Positions 1 to 9,551 of a DNA stretch of 64,000 nucleotides are shown piece after piece. The translations under genes and the position numbers were made by a program. Source of the DNA: an uncultured Pseudomonadota bacterium (GTDB taxonomy: Bacteria; Pseudomonadota; Alphaproteobacteria; Rs-D84). Below the pieces are notes generated by a model. That model was not told the origin of the DNA. It worked only from the letters and a program-made list of their open reading frames with translations, and ran no database searches. The stretch lies in NCBI GenBank assembly GCA_949296475.1, contig CASFOK010000002.1, forward strand, positions 10,660-74,659, given 5' to 3'. The stretch's first letter is position 1, and every line of letters starts with the position of its first letter.

Positions 1-94
1 CGTATTTAACCGGAGATGTTTTTTCTATAGCTTGACGAAGTCGCTTTGCAAGCAATTCTGGTTTTGCGACAATCTGTCTAAACTTTTCAGACAT
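1..94 (-). CDS. N-terminal fragment (31 codons) of an unidentified protein; the gene runs off the left edge
   Basis: ATG at 94-92 on the minus strand, with AAGGAA 6 nt upstream. The frame stays open to position 1 (MSEKFRQIVAKPELLAKRLRQAIEKTSPVKY...). Too short to name. Confidence 0.4.
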   Translation of the reverse strand, partial: MSEKFRQIVAKPELLAKRLRQAIEKTSPVKY

Positions 95-104
95 CTTATA
101 TTCC

Positions 105-467
105 TTATTTTTTACCTAATTTATTTTTTTTGGCTATCTTAGAACGTTTAAGAGCATAATCAGGGGCAACAAATGGATAATTATCTGGCAGCCCCCATTT
201 TTGCTTATATTCCTGTGGCGTCATATTAAACTTTCTTTTCACATATCTACGTAACATTATATGCCACGTTCCGTCTTCCAGACATTGAATTTTATCTGTT
301 CTAACCGAATCGGATATTTGTTGGGGTGTAACGGATGCACCTCGCAAAGTCTCACGCGCATTTCGCACCGCATCCTGCATAGATAGCCCAGGATTAGCAG
401 ACATTGCAGCAGCAGCCAAGTTTGCTACGGCCAATGCAAACTCTGCATTTTTATTTGTATTTACCAA
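105..467 (-). CDS. MucR/Ros-family transcriptional regulator with a divergent zinc-finger region
   Basis: The C-terminal half (IQCLEDG...MTPQEYKQKWGLPDNYPFVAPDYALKRSKIAKKNKLG) matches the Ros/MucR DNA-binding domain signature. The track start is TTG with a weak AAAGG upstream; the true start is uncertain. Confidence 0.85.
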   Translation of the reverse strand: MVNTNKNAEFALAVANLAAAAMSANPGLSMQDAVRNARETLRGASVTPQQISDSVRTDKIQCLEDGTWHIMLRRYVKRKFNMTPQEYKQKWGLPDNYPFVAPDYALKRSKIAKKNKLGKK

Positions 468-545
468 TTGATAAACCTTTTTTTATTTAATACAATTAAT
501 TATACCACAAATATTTGTTAAATAAAATCAACGTAAAACATCAAC

Positions 546-1823
546 ATGAAGACAGAAAATAGACCACTTGCCGATTTAATGCGCCCAACGACAATTGATG
601 AAATCGTTGGTCAAAACCAGTTACTTGGTGAAAACGGTCTGGTAAGAAGAATGGTAGATAACCACAAACTGTCCAATTTGATTTTATGGGGTCCCCCTGG
701 ATGCGGAAAAACAACAATTGCGCGTGCTTTGGCAAAATCTGTTGATATGGACTTTGTACCAATGTCTGCTGTTTTTTCTGGTACATCCGACATCAAGAAA
801 GCGATGGAAGCCGCCCGCATGAACCGGGAAATAGGACGCAATACATTACTTTTTATTGATGAAATCCACCGTTTTAATAAAACACAACAAGACACACTAT
901 TACCATATCTAGAAGATGGAACGGTTGTGTTTATGGGGGCAACAACCGAAAACCCCAGTTTTAATTTAAATAACGCGCTGATTTCACGTTGTCACATTGG
1001 GGTTTTGCAACCGTTATCAACGGAAGATTTGATGACTTTGATGACGCGCGCCGAACAATTTTTGAATAAATCTTTACCTTTGGACGATAATGCAAGATTT
1101 CACCTGGCGCAAATGTCCGATGGCGACGCAAGATTTTTATTAAACACTGTTGAATATTTACTTTCTGCAAATTTTAAGGAAATGCTGTCTCCGGAAGCAT
1201 TGGACGCAGCGATACAAAAGCGCGCACCGTTATCAGACAAACACGGCGACGAACACTATAATTTAATTTCCGCAGTACATAAATCTTTACGTGCAAGCGA
1301 TACAGATGCAGCCTTATATTGGACGGCCAGAATGATGATATCCGGTCAAGATCCAATGTATTTATTTCGCAGGCTCAGTCGTTTTGCCATGGAAGACATA
1401 GGTCTTGCCGACCCAAATGCAATGCAAATGGCGCTTACCGCTTGGCAACTATATGAAAGAATGGGCAGTCCCGAAGGAGACCTTGCCCTAACAGAATTGG
1501 TGATATATCTTGGCACCGCCCCAAAAAGCACAGCAAACTATCGCGCACAAATGTCTGCATACAGCTCAGCAAGGGATACAGGCAGTTTGATGCCACCTAA
1601 AAACATACTAAACGCACCAACAAAAATGATGAAAGAAATGGGTTATGGTGACGGATATGTTTACGAGCCTAATACAGAATCTGGTTTCAGCGGACAAAAC
1701 TGTTTTCCAGAAAAAATGTCCAGACAAAAATATTACCATCCCATAGAACGTGGTTTTGAACGCGAAATTAAGAAAAGATTAGACTATTGGGATAATTTAA
1801 GAAAAAAATTAACTAACAAATAA
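546..1823 (+). CDS. rarA: Replication-associated recombination protein A (AAA+ ATPase, MgsA/RarA)
   Basis: Walker A LWGPPGCGKTT, Walker B LFIDEIHRFNK, and the C-terminal MgsA motif YNLISAVHKSLRASD..ALYW. Confidence 0.95.
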   Translation: MKTENRPLADLMRPTTIDEIVGQNQLLGENGLVRRMVDNHKLSNLILWGPPGCGKTTIARALAKSVDMDFVPMSAVFSGTSDIKKAMEAARMNREIGRNTLLFIDEIHRFNKTQQDTLLPYLEDGTVVFMGATTENPSFNLNNALISRCHIGVLQPLSTEDLMTLMTRAEQFLNKSLPLDDNARFHLAQMSDGDARFLLNTVEYLLSANFKEMLSPEALDAAIQKRAPLSDKHGDEHYNLISAVHKSLRASDTDAALYWTARMMISGQDPMYLFRRLSRFAMEDIGLADPNAMQMALTAWQLYERMGSPEGDLALTELVIYLGTAPKSTANYRAQMSAYSSARDTGSLMPPKNILNAPTKMMKEMGYGDGYVYEPNTESGFSGQNCFPEKMSRQKYYHPIERGFEREIKKRLDYWDNLRKKLTNK

Positions 1824-1826
1824 AGT

Positions 1827-2792
1827 TTATCTTGTCTTAACGATTATATTTTCTAGCTCTGTCAGCATTTTCTGTACAAATTTCATATTATCTGTATGTG
1901 ATACAGTGCAACCAACATCTGCCCTTTTAATCAAACCGGTTAAACTGGTTCCCGGTCCTAACTCATAAGCATATTTTATATTATAAGCCGGAAACTTTTC
2001 CATAACATCTAACCAGCGCACCCCTTTGGTCATTTGATGCGCCAAAGTTGCCTTTACGTCATCTACACTGCCCATAACGTTACCAGTTGTACTTGAAAAC
2101 CAATTTGTCTTAGGCGGTTTAATGTTTACTTTTTTTAACTTCTCTATTAATTTATTTTCAGAATTTCTCATTAATTCACAATGTACAGGAATCGCAGCAT
2201 CAAGCATTTTCGCAATTTTTGCCCCATATTGCTTTGATATTTCAATAACTTTTAATAAAGCGTCTGTTTCACCGCTTACCACGAATTGATTTTTTAAGTT
2301 ATAATTAGACACAGCCACAAAACCAAAAGGTTTGGCTTTTTCCAATATGTCGTCTAGTTGATTTTTAAACAGCCCCATAACACACGCCATTCCCCCAGAC
2401 TTATCTGTATTGGAAACATAAAAAGCATTAGAAGCCAACCCCCTAACAGTTTCTTCCAACGGAATGCTGTCGGCAAAATACAACGCAGGATATTGCCCCA
2501 AAGAGTATCCAGATAAGGCATATGCAATCTCATATAAAGGCTTTTTAAATTCTTGTTCTATTAAATGTCCAACTGCCACGGAATGCGTAAAAATACACAA
2601 AGATGAATTTACGGGCTTTTTCAAATCATCTGTTGTTCCGTTAAAACATAAATTCGCAATATCTTTATTTGCAATATCAGAGATATTTTGAAAAGTTTCG
2701 CGCACAGGTTGAAAATTATCATAAATATCTTTGCACATACCGACATGTTGTGCACCCTGACCAGGGAAAACAAAAATCAATTTTTCTTTCAT
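1827..2792 (-). CDS. fabD: Malonyl-CoA:ACP transacylase
   Basis: FVFPGQGAQHVGM and an active-site GYSLGQY (GHSLGE-type). The ATG at 2792 is preferred over the GTG at 2798. Confidence 0.9.
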   Translation of the reverse strand: MKEKLIFVFPGQGAQHVGMCKDIYDNFQPVRETFQNISDIANKDIANLCFNGTTDDLKKPVNSSLCIFTHSVAVGHLIEQEFKKPLYEIAYALSGYSLGQYPALYFADSIPLEETVRGLASNAFYVSNTDKSGGMACVMGLFKNQLDDILEKAKPFGFVAVSNYNLKNQFVVSGETDALLKVIEISKQYGAKIAKMLDAAIPVHCELMRNSENKLIEKLKKVNIKPPKTNWFSSTTGNVMGSVDDVKATLAHQMTKGVRWLDVMEKFPAYNIKYAYELGPGTSLTGLIKRADVGCTVSHTDNMKFVQKMLTELENIIVKTR

Positions 2793-2857
2793 AACCACGA
2801 TAAATTATACAAATTTTTTTACTTTGTCAATGCAAAAAATACAAAATTTTGCCACCT

Positions 2858-3586
2858 TTAGAACAAAATGTTTACCTGGGCGCCTACTTGTAATTCATCG
2901 CTTTCAAATTCATAATCCAAGTGCCCTATGTATTGTGTTCTGCCGTATTGACGAACAACCTTTCCCCCCAACCATTCTTGGTCATAATGAGGATTCGTTG
3001 CTTTACGTAACATAAAATCTGCACCCAAACGCCAATTTTGTGTTATACGAAAATATGCTTCTGGTACAAAATCTATATAAGACATACCGCGGGCATCATC
3101 AAAAATCCAACTAGATTTAATTGTTGCCGCCAACGTAAGCCCCGTCCATTGCCGTCCAAACCTGTATCCTGCATAATAAGTAGAATCTGCGAAATATGGA
3201 GTACGTACGTGCGAACTGCCGCCGAACTTAAACCCGAACAAAATATCAGAAATCATATGAGCGCTGTTACCATCGGCCATACCAACGCGATACACACCGC
3301 CCAAATCAATACTTGAAAAGCCATCCTCTGTACCATCAAAATCTTGTTGAAAATGTACATTTGCTGAAACGCTTAAGCGACTGTTCAAACCATAAGAAAT
3401 TGTTTGTCCCAACCTTAGAACACTATCCCAATAAGTCAAAGACGTTTGAGATTCCAGTTCTTCTATTTTCAACATATACAAAGGGTCCGAAGAATCATGT
3501 TCTATAATATTTGCATTTACTGGGGCAAGACCGCCCATAATGATGCAAACGCTCGATAACAAACACATATACAATATTTTTCGCAT
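2858..3586 (-). CDS. Putative outer-membrane beta-barrel protein
   Basis: Signal peptide MRKILYMCLLSSVCIIMGGLAPVNA, alternating hydrophobic beta-strand pattern, and C-terminal ...VNILF (aromatic terminal residue typical of OMPs). The ATG at 3586 has GGGGGGAGAA upstream. Confidence 0.6.
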   Translation of the reverse strand: MRKILYMCLLSSVCIIMGGLAPVNANIIEHDSSDPLYMLKIEELESQTSLTYWDSVLRLGQTISYGLNSRLSVSANVHFQQDFDGTEDGFSSIDLGGVYRVGMADGNSAHMISDILFGFKFGGSSHVRTPYFADSTYYAGYRFGRQWTGLTLAATIKSSWIFDDARGMSYIDFVPEAYFRITQNWRLGADFMLRKATNPHYDQEWLGGKVVRQYGRTQYIGHLDYEFESDELQVGAQVNILF

Positions 3587-3636
3587 TGTTTTCTCCCCCC
3601 ACATTGTATAAAAAGATGATAGATCATCATAAAATG

Positions 3637-3666
3637 CCCCGGTTCTTTATATCATAAGAGCCGGGG
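3637..3666 (-). terminator. Candidate intrinsic terminator downstream of the 3683-4888 gene
   Basis: Imperfect GC-rich hairpin ccccggttct/agagccgggg with a 10-nt loop; weak T tract. Confidence 0.45.
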
Positions 3667-3682
3667 TAAATATATATCAATC

Positions 3683-4888
3683 CTAGAATAAAAAGATAGC
3701 CTGTAACCCAATAGTTGTTTCAGAATAATTATCAACAGCCACCGTTCCCAGTTTTGTAAAATTATTCAACCCAACGTAAGGTTCTTTCCAATAAAAATCT
3801 AAATCCTTTCCATCCATAGAATCGTATACGGCGGTCTTGGCATACAAATTCAACGCCACCCAATCATTTGGTTGCCAACCGATTGCGGCCTTTAGGCTTG
3901 CTTGATTATGCCAATCATAGTCACCAAATACAGCCTCAAAGTTCAAGGTCCAATCTTCATCCAATACGCTGAATACCCCTAAACCCCCTTCTACGTACAT
4001 CGTACTTGTTACATCTGTATCATATGCAATAAATACAGAAGATTCGTTGCCTTCAACACCATTACCATAAGAATTTCCATCTATGTCAATATACCAACCG
4101 CGCAACAAAGCATATATAGTAGAAGAACTTATTTTATATCCGCCCTTCAAGTCTAATATAAAATTATTAGAAAAATCTTTCTGATACTGATAATAACCAG
4201 ATAACGTTGCTATCCAATTTGTATTATCTACAAACCTCCACTGTGCGCCTAAACCAAACACATTCAGACCGTTATCATCCATATTATCATCTTCACCAAC
4301 AGACCAATCAAATTTATATTTTGACACGTCATATCTTAACATAGCCAATATAGCGATACGATCTGTAATACCATAACTGAAATCTTCTTTGATAGAAAAC
4401 TGTTTTGCATCCCATGTCGCATCAATACCATTTAACGCCAACACCGAAGACACAGGAACGGTTTGATTTATAGAGAAATCATAAGAATTCATCGTATAAG
4501 ATAAATCTGTCACGGAACCGAATTTGCCTTTTAACGGTTGAAAGAAAGGATGCGCCAAGTAATACTTACGTTTTAGTTCACTGCGATATGATTCTGACCG
4601 GGTCGTACGAACATTTGATGTTGTTCCATCTGCATATTGTTTATACAACTGACTGCGGTTTTCCGGCTGAGTATAATACAAATTTTTAGCGTCTTTTTCA
4701 TCATAGGTTTTTGTAGAAGTACGCGTTTCGTACTTTTGATAATTTACCTGTGTTCTTTCACGAACGGCCGGTTGTCCAGACAAGTCAACGCTGGACGCGG
4801 CGCGCGCGCCAAAATTAGTTGCACCGAAAACGGGCGACATGCCGAATAAAGTAATTGCACATACAAGTACAGATATCTGCATTTTCAT
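3683..4888 (-). CDS. Putative outer-membrane beta-barrel protein with a polar Tyr/Lys/Thr-rich N-terminal extension
   Basis: Signal peptide MKMQISVLVCAITLFGMSPVFGA, C-terminal ...GLQAIFLF. The ATG at 4888 has AAGGAG 7 nt upstream; the track start at 4909 is TTG. Confidence 0.6.
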   Translation of the reverse strand: MKMQISVLVCAITLFGMSPVFGATNFGARAASSVDLSGQPAVRERTQVNYQKYETRTSTKTYDEKDAKNLYYTQPENRSQLYKQYADGTTSNVRTTRSESYRSELKRKYYLAHPFFQPLKGKFGSVTDLSYTMNSYDFSINQTVPVSSVLALNGIDATWDAKQFSIKEDFSYGITDRIAILAMLRYDVSKYKFDWSVGEDDNMDDNGLNVFGLGAQWRFVDNTNWIATLSGYYQYQKDFSNNFILDLKGGYKISSSTIYALLRGWYIDIDGNSYGNGVEGNESSVFIAYDTDVTSTMYVEGGLGVFSVLDEDWTLNFEAVFGDYDWHNQASLKAAIGWQPNDWVALNLYAKTAVYDSMDGKDLDFYWKEPYVGLNNFTKLGTVAVDNYSETTIGLQAIFLF

Positions 4889-4955
4889 AACAAAACTCCT
4901 TTTGGTCAAATTATATCATAAAAAATCAATACAAAAAAGCATTTAATATTTGAAA

Positions 4956-4986
4956 ACACCCCTAATTATATATCGGGGTGTTTTTT
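4956..4986. terminator. Intrinsic terminator after ftsK
   Basis: Hairpin acacccc-N12-ggggtgt flanked by A and T runs. Confidence 0.6.
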
Positions 4987-4989
4987 AAT

Positions 4990-7239
4990 TTATAGTATAT
5001 GTCTTTTATTATTTGCGTCAGGTGGACTAACGATACCTTCTGCTTCCATTCTTTCCATAAAACCGGCCGCTTTATTATACCCGACACCAAGCCGACGCTG
5101 TATGTAAGAAATAGTAGGTTTTTTATCGCGCAAAACATATTCTTTTGCCTGCGTATAAAGATCAGCGTCTTTATCCGCCTTGGATGCCGGCATTCCTGGT
5201 ATAGCCCCCCCAACCGCAGAAGAACCGTCATCAGTATCAGATATACCAGCAACATATTCTGGTGCCCCCTGATTACGCAAGAAATCCGCAACCCGATTTA
5301 TTTCTGTGTTTTCTATAAACGCGCCGTGTATGCGCACAGGTACCCTGCCCGCTTCACTGAACAACATATCACCGCACGCCAACAATTGCTCTGCGCCTTT
5401 TTCACCAAGTGTTGTACCAGAATCAATCGCGCTACGCGCTTGGAAAGATATACGCGTTGGGAAGTTTGCTTTTATAACCCCAGTAATAACAGATGTGTCT
5501 GGGCGCTGTGTCGCAGCGACTAAATGTATACCAGCCGCACGCGCTTTTTGCGCCAAACGTTGAACACAAGCCTCTACATCTTTACGAGCCACAGACATAA
5601 GGTCAGCCACTTCGTCTATAATTATTACAAGATACGGCATGTCTGATAAATCTACTTCTTGCGTTTCAAATTCTAACTCGCCAGTTTCTGGGTCAGTACC
5701 AACCGCGACCTGACGTGTTAATTTTTCACCACTTGCGCGCTTTTTTGCGACCGCATCATTATAACCTTCTATATTTTGAACGCCCAACAACTGTAACTTT
5801 TTATACCTTTCTTCCATTTCACGAACGGACCATTTCAACGCGTTAACCGACGCGTTTGCGTCTGTTAATACGGGCGTTATCAAATGCGGTATATTATCCC
5901 ATAACGTAAAATCAACGCCTTTTGGGTCAATAATCATAAGTTTACATTTATCCGGCGTAAAATGATATAACATAGACATTATTATAGACTGTACAAAAAC
6001 CGATTTACCCGACCCCGTACGCCCAGCAATCAAGACGTGTGGCATTTTTGCTAGATCAAAATACATTGGATTACCGCCGATATCTACACCCAATGCCAAC
6101 GGTATTTTATACTTAGAATTAATAAATGTATCATTATCAACCAACGACTGAAACCTGACTGTTTGTCTGCTAAGATTTACCATTTCCACACCGATTAACT
6201 GTGTACTTGGTATATGAGCGATACGAATATTTTCAGTAGCCATGGCACGCGTCATATCTTTAACGGTTTTATTAATATCAACCATTCTTACGCCGCTTTC
6301 AGGCATAAATTCATACAATGTAACAATTGGACCGGGTCGGATACCAACCACGCGCCCACGAACACCATATTCTGCGAAATGTAACTCCATAGCGGCGGCG
6401 GTTTTTTTCAATTCTGGCGTCACAACATTCTTACCAAAACTAGACCTTTCTAAAAACGCGGGATCTGGCAACTCATATTCTTGATTACTAATATTTGTAG
6501 AGTTTGTAGTCCGAGTATTCCGACGTGTTTTTTTCTTTACCGGCTTAGATTTAACGACCTCAACTTCTTCTTCCTCTATTTCTTCGTTATCATCTTCAAC
6601 CTCTTCTGCCGCCACATCGTTTTCAACATCTGCAGAAACGGGTCGTACCAAATGAAAAGCGGAAAACACCCAGCGCAAAGACTTGTACATAATCGCAATC
6701 ATGCTTTTTATATGCGCCCATTTAATATGCAACAATACCGACGCCAAGGCACAAAAAGCCGATATACACAAAACGCCAACCAAAATCCCCCACAATCCTA
6801 TGACAGAACCAACGTCTGATGCGATAATATTTCCCGCCAAACCACCAAACGTAGAAGACGGTGCAACCAATCCCAAACCCGACGCCCCAAGGCAAATAGC
6901 AATAAACCCACGCAATAAGTTATATTCTGGTGCAACCTCTTCTTGCCAGTTAAGCAACCAATTTAATCCCCACCGTATGACGCATAAAAACAAAAACAAA
7001 CTTGGCAAAAACCCAATACCGAATCTAATCCAGCCAACCACCTGACCCATCAAACTTTGATTGCCGAACGTACTGGCAGTTGAAAAACCGTTTAAATAAG
7101 GGTTATAAAAAATTAACGCAAACGTCGCCCATATGCCGACACACAACAACAAACCGCCAGCGATTCGTTTAATTAACTTCTTCAACGCACCAGACATACT
7201 ATCCGGTAAAAATTTTGATTGTTTTTCCATTTCGTACAT
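4990..7239 (-). CDS. ftsK: DNA translocase FtsK
   Basis: N-terminal TM segments, acidic linker, Walker A GRTGSGKSV, Walker B VIIIDEVADLM, and a C-terminal gamma winged-helix (YIQRRLGVGYNKAAGFMERME). Confidence 0.95.
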   Translation of the reverse strand: MYEMEKQSKFLPDSMSGALKKLIKRIAGGLLLCVGIWATFALIFYNPYLNGFSTASTFGNQSLMGQVVGWIRFGIGFLPSLFLFLCVIRWGLNWLLNWQEEVAPEYNLLRGFIAICLGASGLGLVAPSSTFGGLAGNIIASDVGSVIGLWGILVGVLCISAFCALASVLLHIKWAHIKSMIAIMYKSLRWVFSAFHLVRPVSADVENDVAAEEVEDDNEEIEEEEVEVVKSKPVKKKTRRNTRTTNSTNISNQEYELPDPAFLERSSFGKNVVTPELKKTAAAMELHFAEYGVRGRVVGIRPGPIVTLYEFMPESGVRMVDINKTVKDMTRAMATENIRIAHIPSTQLIGVEMVNLSRQTVRFQSLVDNDTFINSKYKIPLALGVDIGGNPMYFDLAKMPHVLIAGRTGSGKSVFVQSIIMSMLYHFTPDKCKLMIIDPKGVDFTLWDNIPHLITPVLTDANASVNALKWSVREMEERYKKLQLLGVQNIEGYNDAVAKKRASGEKLTRQVAVGTDPETGELEFETQEVDLSDMPYLVIIIDEVADLMSVARKDVEACVQRLAQKARAAGIHLVAATQRPDTSVITGVIKANFPTRISFQARSAIDSGTTLGEKGAEQLLACGDMLFSEAGRVPVRIHGAFIENTEINRVADFLRNQGAPEYVAGISDTDDGSSAVGGAIPGMPASKADKDADLYTQAKEYVLRDKKPTISYIQRRLGVGYNKAAGFMERMEAEGIVSPPDANNKRHIL

Positions 7240-7276
7240 TGTATCACAAAAAAGGTTTAAATGTTAGGGCTTTAAC

Positions 7277-7981
7277 CTATTTAATTTTTTCTGTATCCAA
7301 GATTTTTGATTTCAACGCGGCTTTTACTAAATCTGCCATTGCCATCCCAATAAAAGCCCCCAGCACAACATCTGTTGGCCAATGCGCCCCATAAAACACA
7401 CGCGACGCACCAACCAATATCGCCAAAGACCACGTAAACCATTTTACTTTTGGCGCCAATAACCCCAACATAACAAGTCCCGCAAAAGTCGCAATCGTGT
7501 GTCCCGACGGCATTGAATTAAACGCCCATTCATTAGACAAAGGGAAAAAACCTGTCATATCCAAAGCCTCGTAAAATATTGGCCGAGCCCTGCCGATTAA
7601 TATTTTTAAAATTTTTCCAAACAGACTGGCAGCCAATACAGAACAAAAAACATAAAAAGCATAACTATTACGAACTTTCTGTAAAACATCTTTACAAAAA
7701 GTAATTATGCTATATTTATTATTTTCATTTTTAAATTTAGGTTTAACGCTTATAGATTTTTTAATATAAAAACAAAGCATTACAATTGCCGATACCACAA
7801 TCCACATCTTTGCATCAAATAAAAAATCAAATACAGTCCACAAAGGCGCATCAAAATTACGCAAAAATAAATATAATGGTTTATCAAACCAAAACACGCC
7901 TGCTAACACCACCAAGACAGTTAACACAGCGCCAACAACCAATCTTTTCCACTTTATTTTATTGTCTTTTGTTAAAAACAT
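7277..7981 (-). CDS. PAP2-family membrane phosphatase
   Basis: The three PAP2 motifs are present: KILIGRARP, PSGH and SRVFYGAHWPTDV. Multiple TM segments. Confidence 0.85.
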   Translation of the reverse strand: MFLTKDNKIKWKRLVVGAVLTVLVVLAGVFWFDKPLYLFLRNFDAPLWTVFDFLFDAKMWIVVSAIVMLCFYIKKSISVKPKFKNENNKYSIITFCKDVLQKVRNSYAFYVFCSVLAASLFGKILKILIGRARPIFYEALDMTGFFPLSNEWAFNSMPSGHTIATFAGLVMLGLLAPKVKWFTWSLAILVGASRVFYGAHWPTDVVLGAFIGMAMADLVKAALKSKILDTEKIK

Positions 7982-7995
7982 ACCGTCCCCACATT

Positions 7996-9507
7996 TTATT
8001 CTGCAACCAACCTGTTATACACTTTTTTATCTGTTAAAATCTTGGCAGATACAGCATAAGCCAATGCGTCTTCGTCTGTACCGCTTGTAATGATTGGGCA
8101 GCCCCGCTTAATATCATCTATATTAATGTCTGAGTTTTGATTAAAATCTTGGGCATTAAAATTATTATTTATTACGTTCAAGAAAAACGCATTTTGTTGC
8201 GATGCAGAACGAATATTTGACAAGCACACAATCGGGAAAACACCACGTCCGTCAAGGCTTCCGCCGTTACCTGTTTTTATTGATTTATTCATAACTTCCA
8301 GCGCACCGCCATTATTTAGTTCTATACGCGTTGCTATACGTGCATCACCAGCAGTCGGCGTGCCAACCAATACACCGCGTTCGTTTTCATAAAACGCAGC
8401 CGCGACAGCCTCGGCCGTACCACGCGTTGTATCCGACATCAAAACGACGACTGGTACATCTGTAACCGCATCGCCGCCAGGCACGACCTCTACCTCATCC
8501 TTGGCGGTTTCAACAATTCGTAAGACAGGTTTTTGACCTATAAACAAGCCCGCCAATTTAGCTGCTGCACGTTCATCGTCACCACCGGCTGCACGCAAAT
8601 CTAAAACAACCCCAGAAATGTCTGGATACTTTGCCAAAGCCTCGTTTACAATGGCGGCTGAATTATCAGAAATTTTATGAATAACAATCTCTAAAATTCC
8701 ACCGGTTTCTGGGTTACTGCGATGAACTACGTCAGCATCGGCCAAAATGATAGTTGCACGTCTTAACACAACATCTTTGTTACCAGCAGGCGTTAATAAT
8801 TTTAACTTAGACGTACCCGAATTAAAACCAGACATAACAGAGGCCAATTCCGCATCAGACATCTGTGAAACAAATTTACCGTCTATTTTTGAAATCAGAT
8901 CGCCTTCCCTGATGCCTGCATTATCCGCAGGCGAATCTTTGTAAACGCCGGTTATTCTATAATTTCCTTTTGAATCACGTGCACCTTCCAGACCGACACT
9001 TGTTAAAATGCGACCGTCTTCTTCCACCTCTGCCTTGCGCGAAAATATGTAACGACCGTTCTCATCAATACCGCGCATCAAACTATCTACAACCATTTGA
9101 TACATTTCACTTTCACTGGCATTATGTAACACACTATCATTTGCACGCAATTTCAATACCAATGCAGTTGTTATTTCACCGAAACTATTCCAATCACCCT
9201 TTGCAGGACGCGGATAATTAGCAATGATAGCATCCTTCCACACCAAGACGATACGCTCATCTGTGGCGGCAATATGGGCATTTGTATTTAATTTTTCTAA
9301 ACTTTCTATGGCTATATTTATATTTTTTCCGGCCCAATTAACGCTGTCCAGTTTTTGATATATGTCCGCAAATGTATCAGATACATCAAACACATTCAAC
9401 CCATCTTGTATTGGTTCTTCTGAAAAAAACAAACTTTCGGCAAAAGAAGGTGTTACACATAAAGACAAAGACAAAAACAAAGATAAAAACATTTTTTTTA
9501 TTTTCAT
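7996..9507 (-). CDS. S41 (C-terminal processing peptidase) family homologue with a PDZ domain; the catalytic dyad appears substituted
   Basis: Signal peptide MKIKKMFLSLFLSLSLCVTPSFA, PDZ (GIREGDLISKIDG) and S41 core (VLDLRAAGGDD...LAGLFIG). The ATG at 9507 is preceded by GGAGGGAAAAG. Confidence 0.8.
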   Translation of the reverse strand: MKIKKMFLSLFLSLSLCVTPSFAESLFFSEEPIQDGLNVFDVSDTFADIYQKLDSVNWAGKNINIAIESLEKLNTNAHIAATDERIVLVWKDAIIANYPRPAKGDWNSFGEITTALVLKLRANDSVLHNASESEMYQMVVDSLMRGIDENGRYIFSRKAEVEEDGRILTSVGLEGARDSKGNYRITGVYKDSPADNAGIREGDLISKIDGKFVSQMSDAELASVMSGFNSGTSKLKLLTPAGNKDVVLRRATIILADADVVHRSNPETGGILEIVIHKISDNSAAIVNEALAKYPDISGVVLDLRAAGGDDERAAAKLAGLFIGQKPVLRIVETAKDEVEVVPGGDAVTDVPVVVLMSDTTRGTAEAVAAAFYENERGVLVGTPTAGDARIATRIELNNGGALEVMNKSIKTGNGGSLDGRGVFPIVCLSNIRSASQQNAFFLNVINNNFNAQDFNQNSDINIDDIKRGCPIITSGTDEDALAYAVSAKILTDKKVYNRLVAE

Positions 9508-9551
9508 TTTACTTTTCCCTCCGTCTTTTGTTGTGTAACACAATTTATTTC

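Noticed and set aside
4962-5523. The 109-aa (minus) and 174-aa (plus) ORFs overlapping the 3' end of ftsK
   Set aside because: Both are out-of-frame or antisense overlaps of the conserved FtsK motor and gamma domain, and there is no independent support for either.
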